Source: Candidatus Methanomethylophilaceae archaeon (GTDB lineage Archaea; Thermoplasmatota; Thermoplasmata; Methanomassiliicoccales; Methanomethylophilaceae). Taken from it: a DNA stretch of 29,477 nucleotides. Positions within the stretch are counted from its first letter, which is position 1. Every line of letters starts with the position of its first letter. Location: contig JBMNQN010000011.1 of NCBI GenBank assembly GCA_050944155.1, positions 1 through 29,477 of the forward strand, written 5' to 3'. Of the stretch, positions 15,442 to 25,904 are shown one piece after another. A program made the position numbers and the translations under genes. A model generated the notes under the pieces. The model was given only the letters and a program-made list of their open reading frames with translations. It made no database searches and was not told where the DNA came from.

Positions 15442-18400
15442 GGGATTTAGTAGAACTGTACTTTACCGAACGCAACATAGTCAACCACCACATTTCATCC
15501 TTCGACGACTTTCTGGCACATGCCGACAACCCCAACAGCAGGATGCAGAGAATCGTCGACGACATACGCGTTCCCGCCGAGGACACAGCGCGCGGAACCA
15601 TAAGACTCGACCCCGAACGCACCGGGGGAAGAAACATAGAGATACGCATCGGAAGAGCCAGAGGCGAGGACGGAAAAATCTCTCCCCAGGCCAAGCCCAC
15701 CGTGCGCATAGAGCTTCCCAAAGTTATGGAAGCCAACGGATACAGCCACGAACTCACCCCCATGGAAGCCAGGCTCAGAAACCTGAACTACATGTCTCCG
15801 GTTTTCGTCCGCTTCGAAGTGTACGAAGACGGCGAAGAAATCCAGGTTCCTGAAAACGAGAAGTGGATTCACGTGGGAGACATGCCCATGATGGTCAAAT
15901 CCAAGGGATGCAACCTCAACAGAGGCGTAATGAATCTCAAACTCGACCACAACCTTTCCGACGAGGAATACCATGATGCCCTCATACGCGAGAAAGAAGA
16001 TCCGGACGAGCCCGGAGGATACTTCATTATCGGAGGTACCGAAAGGGCCCTGATTACCCTCGAAGACCTGGCACCCAACAGAGGAATGGTGGAAAGAAGC
16101 GAGAAGTACGGGTCCGCGGTGGAAACCGCCAAAGTCTTCTCCCAGAGAGAAGGATACCGCGCCCTTACGCTTGTCGAGAAAAAGAAGGACGGAATGCTCA
16201 TGGTTTCCGTTCCCGTCGCCTCCAGTTCCATTCCCCTCGTTGCTCTCATGAAAGCTCTCGGTATGGAGTCAGACCAGGAGATTTACGACACCATCGTTTC
16301 CGACCCGGAGATGGAGAACATCGTTTACGCGAACATAGAGTCCTCCCTGGACAAAAAAACGTACGCTCCCAACGGATACCACACCACCGAAGACGCGATT
16401 CTTTTCCTCGAGAGAAACTTCGCGGCCGGTCAGGCCAAGGAATACAGAACCAAAAAAGTCGAAAGCATTCTCGACCGCTCTCTTCTCCCCCACCTGGGAG
16501 ACACTCCCGCGGACCGCATGAAGAAAGCGATTTACCTGGGACGTATAGCCCGCTCGGTTCTGGAACTTTCCCTCGACAAGAGAAAGGAAGACGACAAGGA
16601 CCACTACGCCAACAAGAGACTCAAGCTTTCCGGAGATCTTATGGAAGATCTTTTCAGAACCAGCTTCAGCAGCCTCATGAAAGATCTGAAGTACCAGCTG
16701 GAGAGAAACTGGGGAAGGAAGAGAAACGAACTGAACATATCTTCCTCGATACGCCCCGACCTTCTGACCCACAAGCTCCTTCACGCTTTGGCCACCGGAA
16801 ACTGGGTGGGCGGACGCGCCGGAGTTTCCCAGCTGCTTGACAGAACTTCCAACCTTTCCGCAATGTCCCACCTGAGAAGAATCACTTCTTCCCTTACCAG
16901 AAGCCAGCCTCACTTCGAGGCCCGCGACCTGCACCCCACGCAGTGGGGAAGACTTTGCCCCTCGGAAACTCCCGAAGGACAGAACTGCGGTCTGGTCAAG
17001 AACGCGGCGCTGATCATCGACGTTTCGGAAGGATTCCCCGACCAGGACGTGAGGTGGATGCTCCACGAACTGGGACTCGGAAGCGTCAAGGACAGCGGCA
17101 CCCGCGTGTTCGTCAACGGAGACCTGGTCGGAACCCACGATTCCCCCGAGGAACTGGTTGCCCAGGTCAGGGACCGCAGAAGATGCGGAATTCTCTCCAA
17201 CGAGATAAACATCCGTTACGACGACGAGATGGACGAAATCATCATCAACTGCGACGAAGGACGTCTCAGACGCCCCCTTCTTATTCTTAAGAACGGCAAA
17301 ACCGTCATCACCAGAAAGAACATCGAAAACATCCGCGAGGGCAAAGAAAAATGGACCGACCTCTTCCGCGAAGGAATCCTGGAATGGGTCGACGCAGAGG
17401 AAGAGGAAGACCTTTTCGTTCTCGTAGATCCCTACGACGTTCCCTCCAGGTGTCCCAAATGCAGCCACGCACTTTCGCCCACCGACGTGGACTGGATGAA
17501 TCCCGGAAAAGATTCGGAAGAGGTGCTCAAGTGCAAATGGTGCGACGACGAATTCACCGTCCCCTCCAAAATCACTCCGAAACACACTCACATGGAAATC
17601 GACCCCATGGTCATTCTGGGAGTGGCTGCCGGAGTCATCCCGTATCCGGAACACAACTCCGCGCCCCGTATCACCATGGGCGCGGCGATGGCCAAACAGG
17701 CGCTGGGAATCCCCGCCGCCAACTACCGCATAAGGCCGGATACCAGAGGACATCTGATGCATTACCCCCAGATCCCCATGGTACAGACCCAGACCATGAA
17801 ATTCATAGGGTACAACCACAGGCCCGCGGGACAGAACTTCTGCATAGCCGTCCTTTCGTACCACGGATATAACATAGAAGACGCTCTGATAATGAACAAG
17901 AGCTCGGTCCAGAGAGGACTGGGAAGATCCACGTTCATGAGGTCCTACCGTTCCGAAGAGCGCCGCTACCCCGGAGGCCAGGAAGACCACTTCGAGATTC
18001 CGTCCCCCGACGTGATGGGAGCCCGTACCGACCTTTCGTACGCTTCTCTGGGCGAAGACGGTCTGATCTTCCCCGAAGCCGAAGTGTTCGGAAGCGATGT
18101 GCTCATCGGAAAGACTTCGCCCCCCAGATTCCTCGAGGAAGAGACGGATTTCCTCACTCCCCAGAAGAGAAGGGAAACGTCCGTTACAGTAAGGCCCGGA
18201 GAAGTCGGATACGTGGACTCGGTTATGGTTACCGAATCCGAAAACGGCTCCAGACTCGTCCGCGTCAAAGTCAGGGATCAGAGAATACCCGAACTGGGAG
18301 ACAAGTTCTGTTCCAGATTCGGACAGAAGGGAGTCATAGGAAAACTCGTTGACCAGTGCGACATGCCCTTCACGTGCCAGGGAATCACTCCCGACCTTGT

Positions 18401-19037
18401 GGTAAACCCCCACGGAATACCTTCCCGTATGACCATCGGACACGTTCTCGAAATGATCGCCGGAAGGGTGGGAGCCATGGAAGGACGCATCATCGACGGT
18501 ACCGCATTCTCAGGCGAAACCGAAGAATCCATACGCGACGGACTCGTAAAGAACGGATTCAAGAACAACGGAAAAGAAGTGATGTACGACGGAACCACCG
18601 GACGCATGATTCAGATGGACGTGTACACCGGAGTCATATTCTACGAGAAACTGCACCACATGGTAAGCGGAAAACTCCACGTGCGTTCCAGAGGACCCGT
18701 TCAGATTCTTACCCGTCAGCCTACCGAAGGACGTTCCAGACAGGGAGGTCTCAGATTCGGTGAGATGGAGCGCGACTGTCTTATCGGACACGGCGCGGCC
18801 ATGGTAATCAAAGACCGTCTCCTGGACCAGTCGGACGGTACCCAGCAGTACGTCTGCGGAAACCCCAGGTGCGGACACATAGCCATACTCGACCGCCACG
18901 GCGGAATATACTGCCCCGTGTGCAAAAACACGTCGAACATACACATGGTCCAGACGTCCTATGCGTTCAAGCTGCTGATGGACGAACTGCTCTCGTTAGG
19001 TGTTGCCATGAGGCTTCAGCTGGAGGATTTGAGATGA
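15438..19037 (+). CDS. rpoB: RNA polymerase subunit B (Rpo2, unsplit)
   Basis: [57 protein letters not shown]. Confidence 0.98.
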   Translation: MRDLVELYFTERNIVNHHISSFDDFLAHADNPNSRMQRIVDDIRVPAEDTARGTIRLDPERTGGRNIEIRIGRARGEDGKISPQAKPTVRIELPKVMEANGYSHELTPMEARLRNLNYMSPVFVRFEVYEDGEEIQVPENEKWIHVGDMPMMVKSKGCNLNRGVMNLKLDHNLSDEEYHDALIREKEDPDEPGGYFIIGGTERALITLEDLAPNRGMVERSEKYGSAVETAKVFSQREGYRALTLVEKKKDGMLMVSVPVASSSIPLVALMKALGMESDQEIYDTIVSDPEMENIVYANIESSLDKKTYAPNGYHTTEDAILFLERNFAAGQAKEYRTKKVESILDRSLLPHLGDTPADRMKKAIYLGRIARSVLELSLDKRKEDDKDHYANKRLKLSGDLMEDLFRTSFSSLMKDLKYQLERNWGRKRNELNISSSIRPDLLTHKLLHALATGNWVGGRAGVSQLLDRTSNLSAMSHLRRITSSLTRSQPHFEARDLHPTQWGRLCPSETPEGQNCGLVKNAALIIDVSEGFPDQDVRWMLHELGLGSVKDSGTRVFVNGDLVGTHDSPEELVAQVRDRRRCGILSNEINIRYDDEMDEIIINCDEGRLRRPLLILKNGKTVITRKNIENIREGKEKWTDLFREGILEWVDAEEEEDLFVLVDPYDVPSRCPKCSHALSPTDVDWMNPGKDSEEVLKCKWCDDEFTVPSKITPKHTHMEIDPMVILGVAAGVIPYPEHNSAPRITMGAAMAKQALGIPAANYRIRPDTRGHLMHYPQIPMVQTQTMKFIGYNHRPAGQNFCIAVLSYHGYNIEDALIMNKSSVQRGLGRSTFMRSYRSEERRYPGGQEDHFEIPSPDVMGARTDLSYASLGEDGLIFPEAEVFGSDVLIGKTSPPRFLEEETDFLTPQKRRETSVTVRPGEVGYVDSVMVTESENGSRLVRVKVRDQRIPELGDKFCSRFGQKGVIGKLVDQCDMPFTCQGITPDLVVNPHGIPSRMTIGHVLEMIAGRVGAMEGRIIDGTAFSGETEESIRDGLVKNGFKNNGKEVMYDGTTGRMIQMDVYTGVIFYEKLHHMVSGKLHVRSRGPVQILTRQPTEGRSRQGGLRFGEMERDCLIGHGAAMVIKDRLLDQSDGTQQYVCGNPRCGHIAILDRHGGIYCPVCKNTSNIHMVQTSYAFKLLMDELLSLGVAMRLQLEDLR

Positions 19038-21841
19038 TGAGAGGAATCACGAAGAGGATCGGTTCGATCAAGTTCTCCTGCGTTTCCCCTGAGGAAATCA
19101 GGAAAATGTCGGCCACCAAGGTAATTACGGCCGATACCTACGACGACGAGGGATACCCCATCGAGATGGGTCTCATGGACCCCCGCATGGGTGTCATCGA
19201 ACCCGGGCTCCGCTGTAAAACCTGCGGATGCAAAGTGGACGAATGTCCCGGACACTTCGGGCACATAGATCTGGCACTCCCCGTAATACACGTGGGATTC
19301 GTCAAAGACATCAAGATGCTCCTGGAGAGTACCTGCCGTTCCTGCGGCAGACTGATGCTCACTCCCGAACAGATTCAGGAGACCAGGAACGACATGGAGC
19401 GCATGGAGGAACTGGGCGGAGACACCATCGACGCGAAGAATTTCGCCAAGACCACCGCCAAAGGCGCATCCGCCAAAGGTCTGTGTCCCTACTGTTCCGC
19501 GGAACAGATAAAAATCAAACTGGACAAGCCCACGACCTTCAGAGAGGTGGACGACAACCACAAGCTCACCCCCAAGGAGGTCCGCGAAAGGCTGGAGCGC
19601 ATCACCGACGAGGATCTCTTTACGCTGGGATTCGACCCCGCCACGTGCAGACCCGAGTGGATGGTTCTCACCGCACTGCTGGTTCCCCCAGTCACCGTAA
19701 GGCCGTCCATAACCCTCGATTCCGGAGACAGATCCGAAGACGACCTCACCCACAAACTGGTGGACGTGCTGAGAATCAACCAGAGACTCAGGGAAAACCG
19801 CGACGCGGGGGCTCCCCAGCTTATCGTGGAAGATCTGTGGGAACTTCTTCAGTATCACGTAACCACGTACTTCGACAACCAGACTTCCGGAATACCTCCC
19901 GCGAGGCACAGGTCCGGACGTCCCCTCAAGACTCTGGCACAGAGGCTCAAGGGAAAGGAAGGACGTTTCAGATCCAACCTGTCCGGTAAGCGTGTGAACT
20001 TTTCGGCGCGTACTGTCATCTCTCCGGATCCCCTTCTTTCCATCAACGAGGTGGGAATTCCCAGGGAGGCGGCGAGAGAACTCACCGTCCCGGTACACGT
20101 GAACGACCACAATATAGAGGCGCTGAGAACCATCGTGGCCCGCGGCCCCGCTCCCGCGGAAGAGGGAGGATATGTTCCCGGAGCCAACTACGTCATAAGG
20201 TCCGACGGAAGAAGAATCAGAATCACCGACCGCAACGCGGCCGATGTGGCGGAAGGTCTCGAAGTCGATTACACGGTGGAGAGACAGATGGTTAACGGAG
20301 ACGTGGTTCTGTTCAACAGGCAGCCTTCTCTCCACAGAATGTCCATGATGGCCCACAGGGTCAGAATAATGGACGGACGTACGTTCAGATTCAACCTCTG
20401 CGTCTGCCCGCCCTACAACGCGGACTTCGACGGAGACGAAATGAACCTTCACGTGCTCCAGTCGGAAGAGGCCCGTGCAGAAGCCCGCATACTTATGCAG
20501 GTCCAGGAGAACATCCTGTCTCCCAGGTACGGAGGGCCGATTATAGGCGCCATACACGACCACATCACCGGAGCTTACTATCTGACCCACGACAATCCCC
20601 GCTTCGACAGGTTCCAGGCAGCCAACATAATGAGCAAACTGCCCGACGTTGAGATGCCCGAACCCTTTACGGACGAAAAGGGAGAACCCTACTGGAGCGG
20701 CAAACAGCTGTTTTCCGCCGTCCTTCCCAAGAATTTCAGCACAACGTTCAGATCCAACATATGCCAGAACTGCGACGTGTGCAAGAAGGAGAACTGCGAG
20801 TTCGACGCTTACGTCAAAATACGCAAGGGGCAGCTTCTCTGCGGAACCATCGACGTAAAGGGAATAGGCAACAGCAAGGGTAAAATCATAGACCGTATCG
20901 CCCGCGACTACGGGTCCGACGAAGCCGCCACGTTTATCAACCACGTGACCAGACTGGCTCTCGGCGCTTTGATGAACCACGGGTTCAGCACTGGAATAAG
21001 CGACGAGGACATACCCGACGAAGCCGTTCTTCAGATAAACAACTACAGCCAGGAATGCATAGAAGAAGTGGACAGACTGGTGGAGTCTTACAAAGAAGGA
21101 ACTCTCGAACAGATGCCCGGACGTACTCCCAGGGACACTCTCGAAGTCAAGATTATGTCTCAGCTTGGAGAGGCCCGTGACGAAGCGGGAAGGGTAGCAG
21201 GAAAACATCTGGGTCTTTACAACCCCGCGGTCATAATGGCCAAAGCCGGCGCCCGCGGTTCGATGCTCAACCTTTCCCAGATGGCGGGCTGCGTAGGTCA
21301 GCAGGCCGTTCGCGGCGAGAGACTTACCAGGGGATACTGGAACAGAACCCTGTCCCACTTCGAGCCGGGAGACATGGGTGCGTACGCCAAAGGATTCTGC
21401 TCCAACTCGTACAAATCCGGACTCACCCCCACGGAATTCTTCTTCCACTCCATGGGCGGACGCGAAGGATTGGTCGACACGGCCGTCAGGACGTCCAGAT
21501 CCGGTTACATGCAGAGAAGGCTCGTGTCCGCTCTCGAGGACCTGAAACTCACCTCCGACGGAACCGTAAGGAACACCATCGGAACGGTCATTCAGTTCAA
21601 GTACGGCGAGGACGGAGTGGATCCCTCCAGGTCGGTCCGCGGAAAAGCCATTGATTTGGACGATCTTTTCGCCGAAGTGCTCGGAGACGACGCTGCGGAA
21701 CACATGATACGCATCGACGAGAAAGACGTAGGCGAAGATTACGGAGCCAAAGAGAAGGACGAGATGGAATTCCTCGAAGACGAGGATTCCGAAGATTACG
21801 ACGACATCGGCGATTCCGATTACGACGGAGGAGGCGAGTGA
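19034..21841 (+). CDS. rpoA1: RNA polymerase subunit A' (Rpo1N)
   Basis: [53 protein letters not shown]; ATG 19034 after GGAGG. Confidence 0.98.
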   Translation: MMRGITKRIGSIKFSCVSPEEIRKMSATKVITADTYDDEGYPIEMGLMDPRMGVIEPGLRCKTCGCKVDECPGHFGHIDLALPVIHVGFVKDIKMLLESTCRSCGRLMLTPEQIQETRNDMERMEELGGDTIDAKNFAKTTAKGASAKGLCPYCSAEQIKIKLDKPTTFREVDDNHKLTPKEVRERLERITDEDLFTLGFDPATCRPEWMVLTALLVPPVTVRPSITLDSGDRSEDDLTHKLVDVLRINQRLRENRDAGAPQLIVEDLWELLQYHVTTYFDNQTSGIPPARHRSGRPLKTLAQRLKGKEGRFRSNLSGKRVNFSARTVISPDPLLSINEVGIPREAARELTVPVHVNDHNIEALRTIVARGPAPAEEGGYVPGANYVIRSDGRRIRITDRNAADVAEGLEVDYTVERQMVNGDVVLFNRQPSLHRMSMMAHRVRIMDGRTFRFNLCVCPPYNADFDGDEMNLHVLQSEEARAEARILMQVQENILSPRYGGPIIGAIHDHITGAYYLTHDNPRFDRFQAANIMSKLPDVEMPEPFTDEKGEPYWSGKQLFSAVLPKNFSTTFRSNICQNCDVCKKENCEFDAYVKIRKGQLLCGTIDVKGIGNSKGKIIDRIARDYGSDEAATFINHVTRLALGALMNHGFSTGISDEDIPDEAVLQINNYSQECIEEVDRLVESYKEGTLEQMPGRTPRDTLEVKIMSQLGEARDEAGRVAGKHLGLYNPAVIMAKAGARGSMLNLSQMAGCVGQQAVRGERLTRGYWNRTLSHFEPGDMGAYAKGFCSNSYKSGLTPTEFFFHSMGGREGLVDTAVRTSRSGYMQRRLVSALEDLKLTSDGTVRNTIGTVIQFKYGEDGVDPSRSVRGKAIDLDDLFAEVLGDDAAEHMIRIDEKDVGEDYGAKEKDEMEFLEDEDSEDYDDIGDSDYDGGGE

Positions 21842-21842
21842 A

Positions 21843-23291
21843 ATGGCTAAAAAAGACACAATGAAAGCTCTTATCAGGCGCGGAATAAGCGAAGAAGCCA
21901 CCGCGCTCCTGCTTACCAAGTACGGCACTCTGGGAGAAATTTCGGAAGCCACCGCGGAGGAAATCGAAGATCTGGGTATTTCTTCCGCCGAAGCCGAAAC
22001 CATAGTTTCGGCGCTTTCCAAACACCCCTCCCGCAGCACCGTATCCAAGGCGAAGAAGGAAATAGAAGAGGTTCCCGCTTTCGAAGCCAAAGAAATCACC
22101 CGCGAGCGCGTCCGCACGCCGGAACAGGAGAGGCTCATCGGAATGGCCGAGGCAAAAGGTTACGACTTCCCGATAAAAATCCTGACGGACATCGCTTCCC
22201 GTACGGCGGGGAACGACATAGACGACGAAACCTGCGGCCGTCTTCTCGACAGAGCATGGGAGATGTACACCTCCCACCTGATGGATCAGAACGAATCCGC
22301 GGGTGTAATGGTCGCCCACTCCATAGGAGAACCCGGTACCCAGATGAACATGCGTACTTTCCACTACGCGGGAGTCGCGAACATCAACGTTACCCAGGGT
22401 CTTCCCAGGCTGATCGAAATAGTCGACGCCAGACGCGTACCCAGCACTCCGTCCATGCAGATCCCCCTCGTGGGCATCGCCGCCGAAGACGAAAGTGCCG
22501 CGCGTCACGTAGCCGCCGACATCGAAATGACCGCGCTGATCGACGTTGCGGATTTGAAAACGGACGTAAGCAACATGCGTCTGATAATCACGCCCAACGC
22601 CCACAAGATGGACAAACGCGGAGTGACCATCGACGACATGCTCGAAAAACTGAACAAAATCAGAGCCGTCCGCGGCATGGTGGAAAAATCCGGATTCAGC
22701 ATAGTCATAACTTCCGACGTCCAGTCTTTCAAGAAACTCCAGGTTATGCACGACGCGGTCAAGAATGCCAAAATCAAAGGAATAGACGGCATCACCAGGG
22801 CCGTTCTCAGCAAAAACCGCAGGAACGGAAAGTTCGAAATCATCACCGAAGGAAGCAACCTCAAGGAAGTTCTCAAGGTTCGCGGAGTCGACGCTCCCAA
22901 CGTGATGACCAACAGCATTCTGGAGATTGCGGACGTTCTCGGAATAGAAGCCGCGAGGAACTCCATAATCTACGAAGCCGGAGGAACTCTGGGAGAGGCC
23001 GGACTGGACGTTGATATAAGGCACATCATGCTTGTTGCCGACCTTATGACCAACGACGGTTCGGTGAAAGCCATCGGAAGGCACGGAGTGTCCGGAAGGA
23101 AGTCCTCCGTGCTTGCGAGAGCCGCCTTCGAAATAACCGCCGCGCACCTGCTGCACGCGGCGATGGTAGGAGAAGTCGATCACCTGGAAGGTGTGACGGA
23201 AAACATCATAGTCGGACAGCCGGTGACCTTGGGAACCGGTGCCGTAAACCTGATTTACACGCCCAAAAACAAAGAGGGGGATAAAGAATGA
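21843..23291 (+). CDS. rpoA2: RNA polymerase subunit A'' (Rpo1C) with N-terminal HhH-like extension
   Basis: SIGEPGTQMNMRTFHYAG, GLPRLIEIVDAR, LGIEAARN, DIRHIMLVADLMT, RAAFE, GVTENIIVGQ. Confidence 0.97.
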   Translation: MAKKDTMKALIRRGISEEATALLLTKYGTLGEISEATAEEIEDLGISSAEAETIVSALSKHPSRSTVSKAKKEIEEVPAFEAKEITRERVRTPEQERLIGMAEAKGYDFPIKILTDIASRTAGNDIDDETCGRLLDRAWEMYTSHLMDQNESAGVMVAHSIGEPGTQMNMRTFHYAGVANINVTQGLPRLIEIVDARRVPSTPSMQIPLVGIAAEDESAARHVAADIEMTALIDVADLKTDVSNMRLIITPNAHKMDKRGVTIDDMLEKLNKIRAVRGMVEKSGFSIVITSDVQSFKKLQVMHDAVKNAKIKGIDGITRAVLSKNRRNGKFEIITEGSNLKEVLKVRGVDAPNVMTNSILEIADVLGIEAARNSIIYEAGGTLGEAGLDVDIRHIMLVADLMTNDGSVKAIGRHGVSGRKSSVLARAAFEITAAHLLHAAMVGEVDHLEGVTENIIVGQPVTLGTGAVNLIYTPKNKEGDKE

Positions 23292-23575
23292 GCGATGAGA
23301 AAATCGACATAAGCAGAGCGCTGAAGGCTGCCATAGTAACGGGCAAGGTCGAATTCGGCGTGGACCAGACTGAAAAAGCGATAAAAACGGGAAAGGCCCA
23401 GATGGTTATTTTGGCCAGGAACTGCCCCAGCGAAACGCTGAGGAAAGAGTCCAAGGTCAAAGTGCACGTCTACGAGGGAAACAACATGGAGCTCGGAGCT
23501 CTTTGCGGTAAACCGTTTTCCGTTTCGGCGCTTGCCGTTATCGACAAGGGCACGTCAAACATACTTATGCTGTGA
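23288..23575 (+). CDS. rpl30e: 50S ribosomal protein L30e
   Basis: TGKVEFG, ILARNCP, YEGNNMELGALCGKPFSVS; conserved operon position. Confidence 0.97.
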   Translation: MSDEKIDISRALKAAIVTGKVEFGVDQTEKAIKTGKAQMVILARNCPSETLRKESKVKVHVYEGNNMELGALCGKPFSVSALAVIDKGTSNILML

Positions 23576-23579
23576 GAAA

Positions 23580-24008
23580 ATGCCTGCGGATATCGTCATT
23601 ACGGAAGAGACTCTCCGGTACATAGCACTGTTCCAGGAGGTTACTCACACCAACGCCGTGGACTGTCTCGATACGGCCGACAAACTCGTATTCGTGGTGG
23701 AAGCCGGCCAGGGCAACATTGCCGTCGGAAAGAAGGGAGATCACATGATCAAACTCAAGGAACGGACGGGCAAAAATATCCAGGTGGTGGAGTATTCTCC
23801 GGATCCGGAACAGTTCGTGAAAAACGTGTTTCACATTTACGGTCCTCAGAAAGTCGTAATCGAGAAGCGCGGAGACATCACTCACGCAACCGTGACGGTG
23901 GATCCGGAGCTTAAAGGCCGCGCCATAGGCAAAGCCGGCAAGAATCTCCGTATTGCGAGAGACATAGTGAACAGGCATCACGAAATCCAGAGCATAAGCG
24001 TGGACTGA
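23580..24008 (+). CDS. nusA: Archaeal NusA (KH domains)
   Basis: RYIALF, AVGKKG, VVEYS, KGRAIGKAGKN; start corrected to ATG 23580. Confidence 0.95.
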   Translation: MPADIVITEETLRYIALFQEVTHTNAVDCLDTADKLVFVVEAGQGNIAVGKKGDHMIKLKERTGKNIQVVEYSPDPEQFVKNVFHIYGPQKVVIEKRGDITHATVTVDPELKGRAIGKAGKNLRIARDIVNRHHEIQSISVD

Positions 24009-24026
24009 TCCCCCCCGGATCTTATT

Positions 24027-25100
24027 TCAGCGGGACCGGGGGCCGAGAGGCATTCTCTCGACCTCCAGTCTGTCCGCTGTGGGGTATTCTTCCGTTATGT
24101 AACATCTGTACGGAAGGGAATCGGCCAATTCTTCCAAGACCCAGGCTGCCGTTTCCATTCTGTTTCTCTCTTCGTCCACGAAGATGAGTTCCGGAGGCAC
24201 CCCGTACTCTTTTTCAAGAAAATCGGCCGCTTTGTGCAGGTCGTCGGCGTAAAGTATCCCCTTCAGGAGGGTTCCCTCTTCGGTCACGACGTCGTACTCT
24301 TTGGCGGTTCCTTCCGCTTTGCGTATGAGTCTTCTTCTCAGCTGAATCCCGTCTTTGAAGGACGAGGAGCAGTAATGTATCCTCTTTCCGGGATACTTTT
24401 TCAAAAGTGCCAGAGCAGTCTCTTCGGAACCGTACACTGCGGAAGACGTGCCGTCTTTCACGGAGTATCCGCGGCGTTCCATCATGTCCCAGTTGCTTTC
24501 CGAAAACTCCAGTTCGTTAAGATTCACGAAATCCGCTCCCGCTTCGAAAGCGGAAGAAATCAGCTTTCCGAGGGATTCTTCTTTTCTGGGAAGGGCGGGA
24601 ACCTCGATCCCGGCGTCGAGACCCGGTATAGATTTTATTTTTCCGAAAGTTTCGGTATCGAAAGAGTCCCAGGTATTATCCCCGGGATGGAAACGTATCT
24701 CGTCCAGACCCGCTTCGGCCAGCTTCCGTACTTTTTCCGGATCCATGGTGGAGGTGTACAGATGGATGTGGTGTTTTTTCCCGAAACGGGATTTCAGCAT
24801 TTTTATGTAATGTAACGTCAGATCGATGTCGCACAGCGGGTCTCCGCCGGTTATCCCGGTACCAAGGGCGTTCATGGATTCCGCCTCGGAAATTATGTCT
24901 TCGTCGGAGGAAATTTTCAGTTCGTTCGCATATGTACCAGACATCTCTTTTTTTTCGAAGGATACGGGGCAGTAGAAGCATCCGGTTCCGCACACCCCGG
25001 TTACGAAAAGCACCATTTTCGCTCCTTTCGTGCACAGTTTGCAGCCTTCCGCAAGTTCTCCGTCGGCGGCCGATCCGCACTCCTCAAACCTGAACGCCAT
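24027..25100 (-). CDS. Uncharacterised archaeal radical SAM protein
   Basis: GCKLCTKGAKMVLFVTGVCGTGCFYCP (CxxxCxxC), GITGGDPL, HIHLYT, AGLDEIRFHP, NLNELEFSESN; start corrected to ATG 25100. Confidence 0.9.
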   Translation of the reverse strand: MAFRFEECGSAADGELAEGCKLCTKGAKMVLFVTGVCGTGCFYCPVSFEKKEMSGTYANELKISSDEDIISEAESMNALGTGITGGDPLCDIDLTLHYIKMLKSRFGKKHHIHLYTSTMDPEKVRKLAEAGLDEIRFHPGDNTWDSFDTETFGKIKSIPGLDAGIEVPALPRKEESLGKLISSAFEAGADFVNLNELEFSESNWDMMERRGYSVKDGTSSAVYGSEETALALLKKYPGKRIHYCSSSFKDGIQLRRRLIRKAEGTAKEYDVVTEEGTLLKGILYADDLHKAADFLEKEYGVPPELIFVDEERNRMETAAWVLEELADSLPYRCYITEEYPTADRLEVERMPLGPRSR

Positions 25101-25121
25101 GACGGCGCATCGTGCCGACGG

Positions 25122-25130
25122 CTTATTAAG
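25122..25130. promoter_or_regulatory. Candidate bidirectional TATA box
   Basis: CTTATTAAG is the only AT-rich element in the 53-nt gap, 21 and 23 nt from the two divergent ATGs. Confidence 0.6.
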
Positions 25131-25153
25131 TCTCACGGGAATACCCCGAATCC

Positions 25154-25804
25154 ATGAGAAAGAAAACCCGCCTGGTTCTTGCATTGGACGAAACGGATGC
25201 GGAAAAAGCTCTGGCCGTGGCGGATTCCGTCGCCGATTACACGGATGCTGTGAAAATAAACTGGCCGCTGGTACTTTCCGCGGGCCCGGACATGATAAAC
25301 CGTCTTTCGGAAAATCACGACGTAATATGCGACTTCAAGGTCGCGGACATACCCAACACCGTCCGTCTCATAGTGGAAAACTGCGTCTCCAGAGGAGCCT
25401 CCGCGGTAATCGTTCATGCGTTTACGGGAGACGATTCTATGATTTCGGCCGTGGAAGCGACGGACGGAAAAGCCGAAATTTTTGCGGTCACCGAAATGAG
25501 CCACCCCGGCGGAAAGATGTTTACCGCCGCACATGCCGAAGAGATGGCGGAAATGGGAGCGAGATGCGGTGCAACCGGGTTCATAGCTCCGGCAACCAGA
25601 CCGGACAGAATACGCGCAATCAGGAAAATCGTCGGAGACAGGAAGATTCTTTCTCCCGGAGCCGGAGCCCAGGGGGGCAGCGCTTCCGCGGCGGTATCCG
25701 CCGGTGCGGATTACGTGATTGTGGGAAGAGCGATTTACGCGTCGGACAATCCCAAAAAAGCCGCCGAAAACATCTGCGGAGAGATTGCGTCGGTTTTAAA
25801 ATGA
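25154..25804 (+). CDS. pyrF: Orotidine-5'-phosphate decarboxylase
   Basis: LVLALD, DFKVADIPNT (DxKxxD), MSHPG, PATRP, SPG.GAQGG, IVGRAIY. Confidence 0.97.
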   Translation: MRKKTRLVLALDETDAEKALAVADSVADYTDAVKINWPLVLSAGPDMINRLSENHDVICDFKVADIPNTVRLIVENCVSRGASAVIVHAFTGDDSMISAVEATDGKAEIFAVTEMSHPGGKMFTAAHAEEMAEMGARCGATGFIAPATRPDRIRAIRKIVGDRKILSPGAGAQGGSASAAVSAGADYVIVGRAIYASDNPKKAAENICGEIASVLK

Positions 25805-25904
25805 AACGGCCGACTGCACATTGAACAATGTACTCGCGCACGCCCGCAAACTTATAATAGAAAATTGGTAATCAATCGCCAATTTAAGGATGGAGACCTT
25901 TATA

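Noticed and set aside
20755-20800. Cys cluster [12 protein letters not shown] in RpoA'
   Set aside because: A comparable metal-binding Cys cluster is known in other archaeal Rpo1N, so it is not novel.
16269-23183. Long minus-strand ORFs (724, 1040 and 528 aa)
   Set aside because: Antisense shadows of rpoB, rpoA1 and rpoA2.
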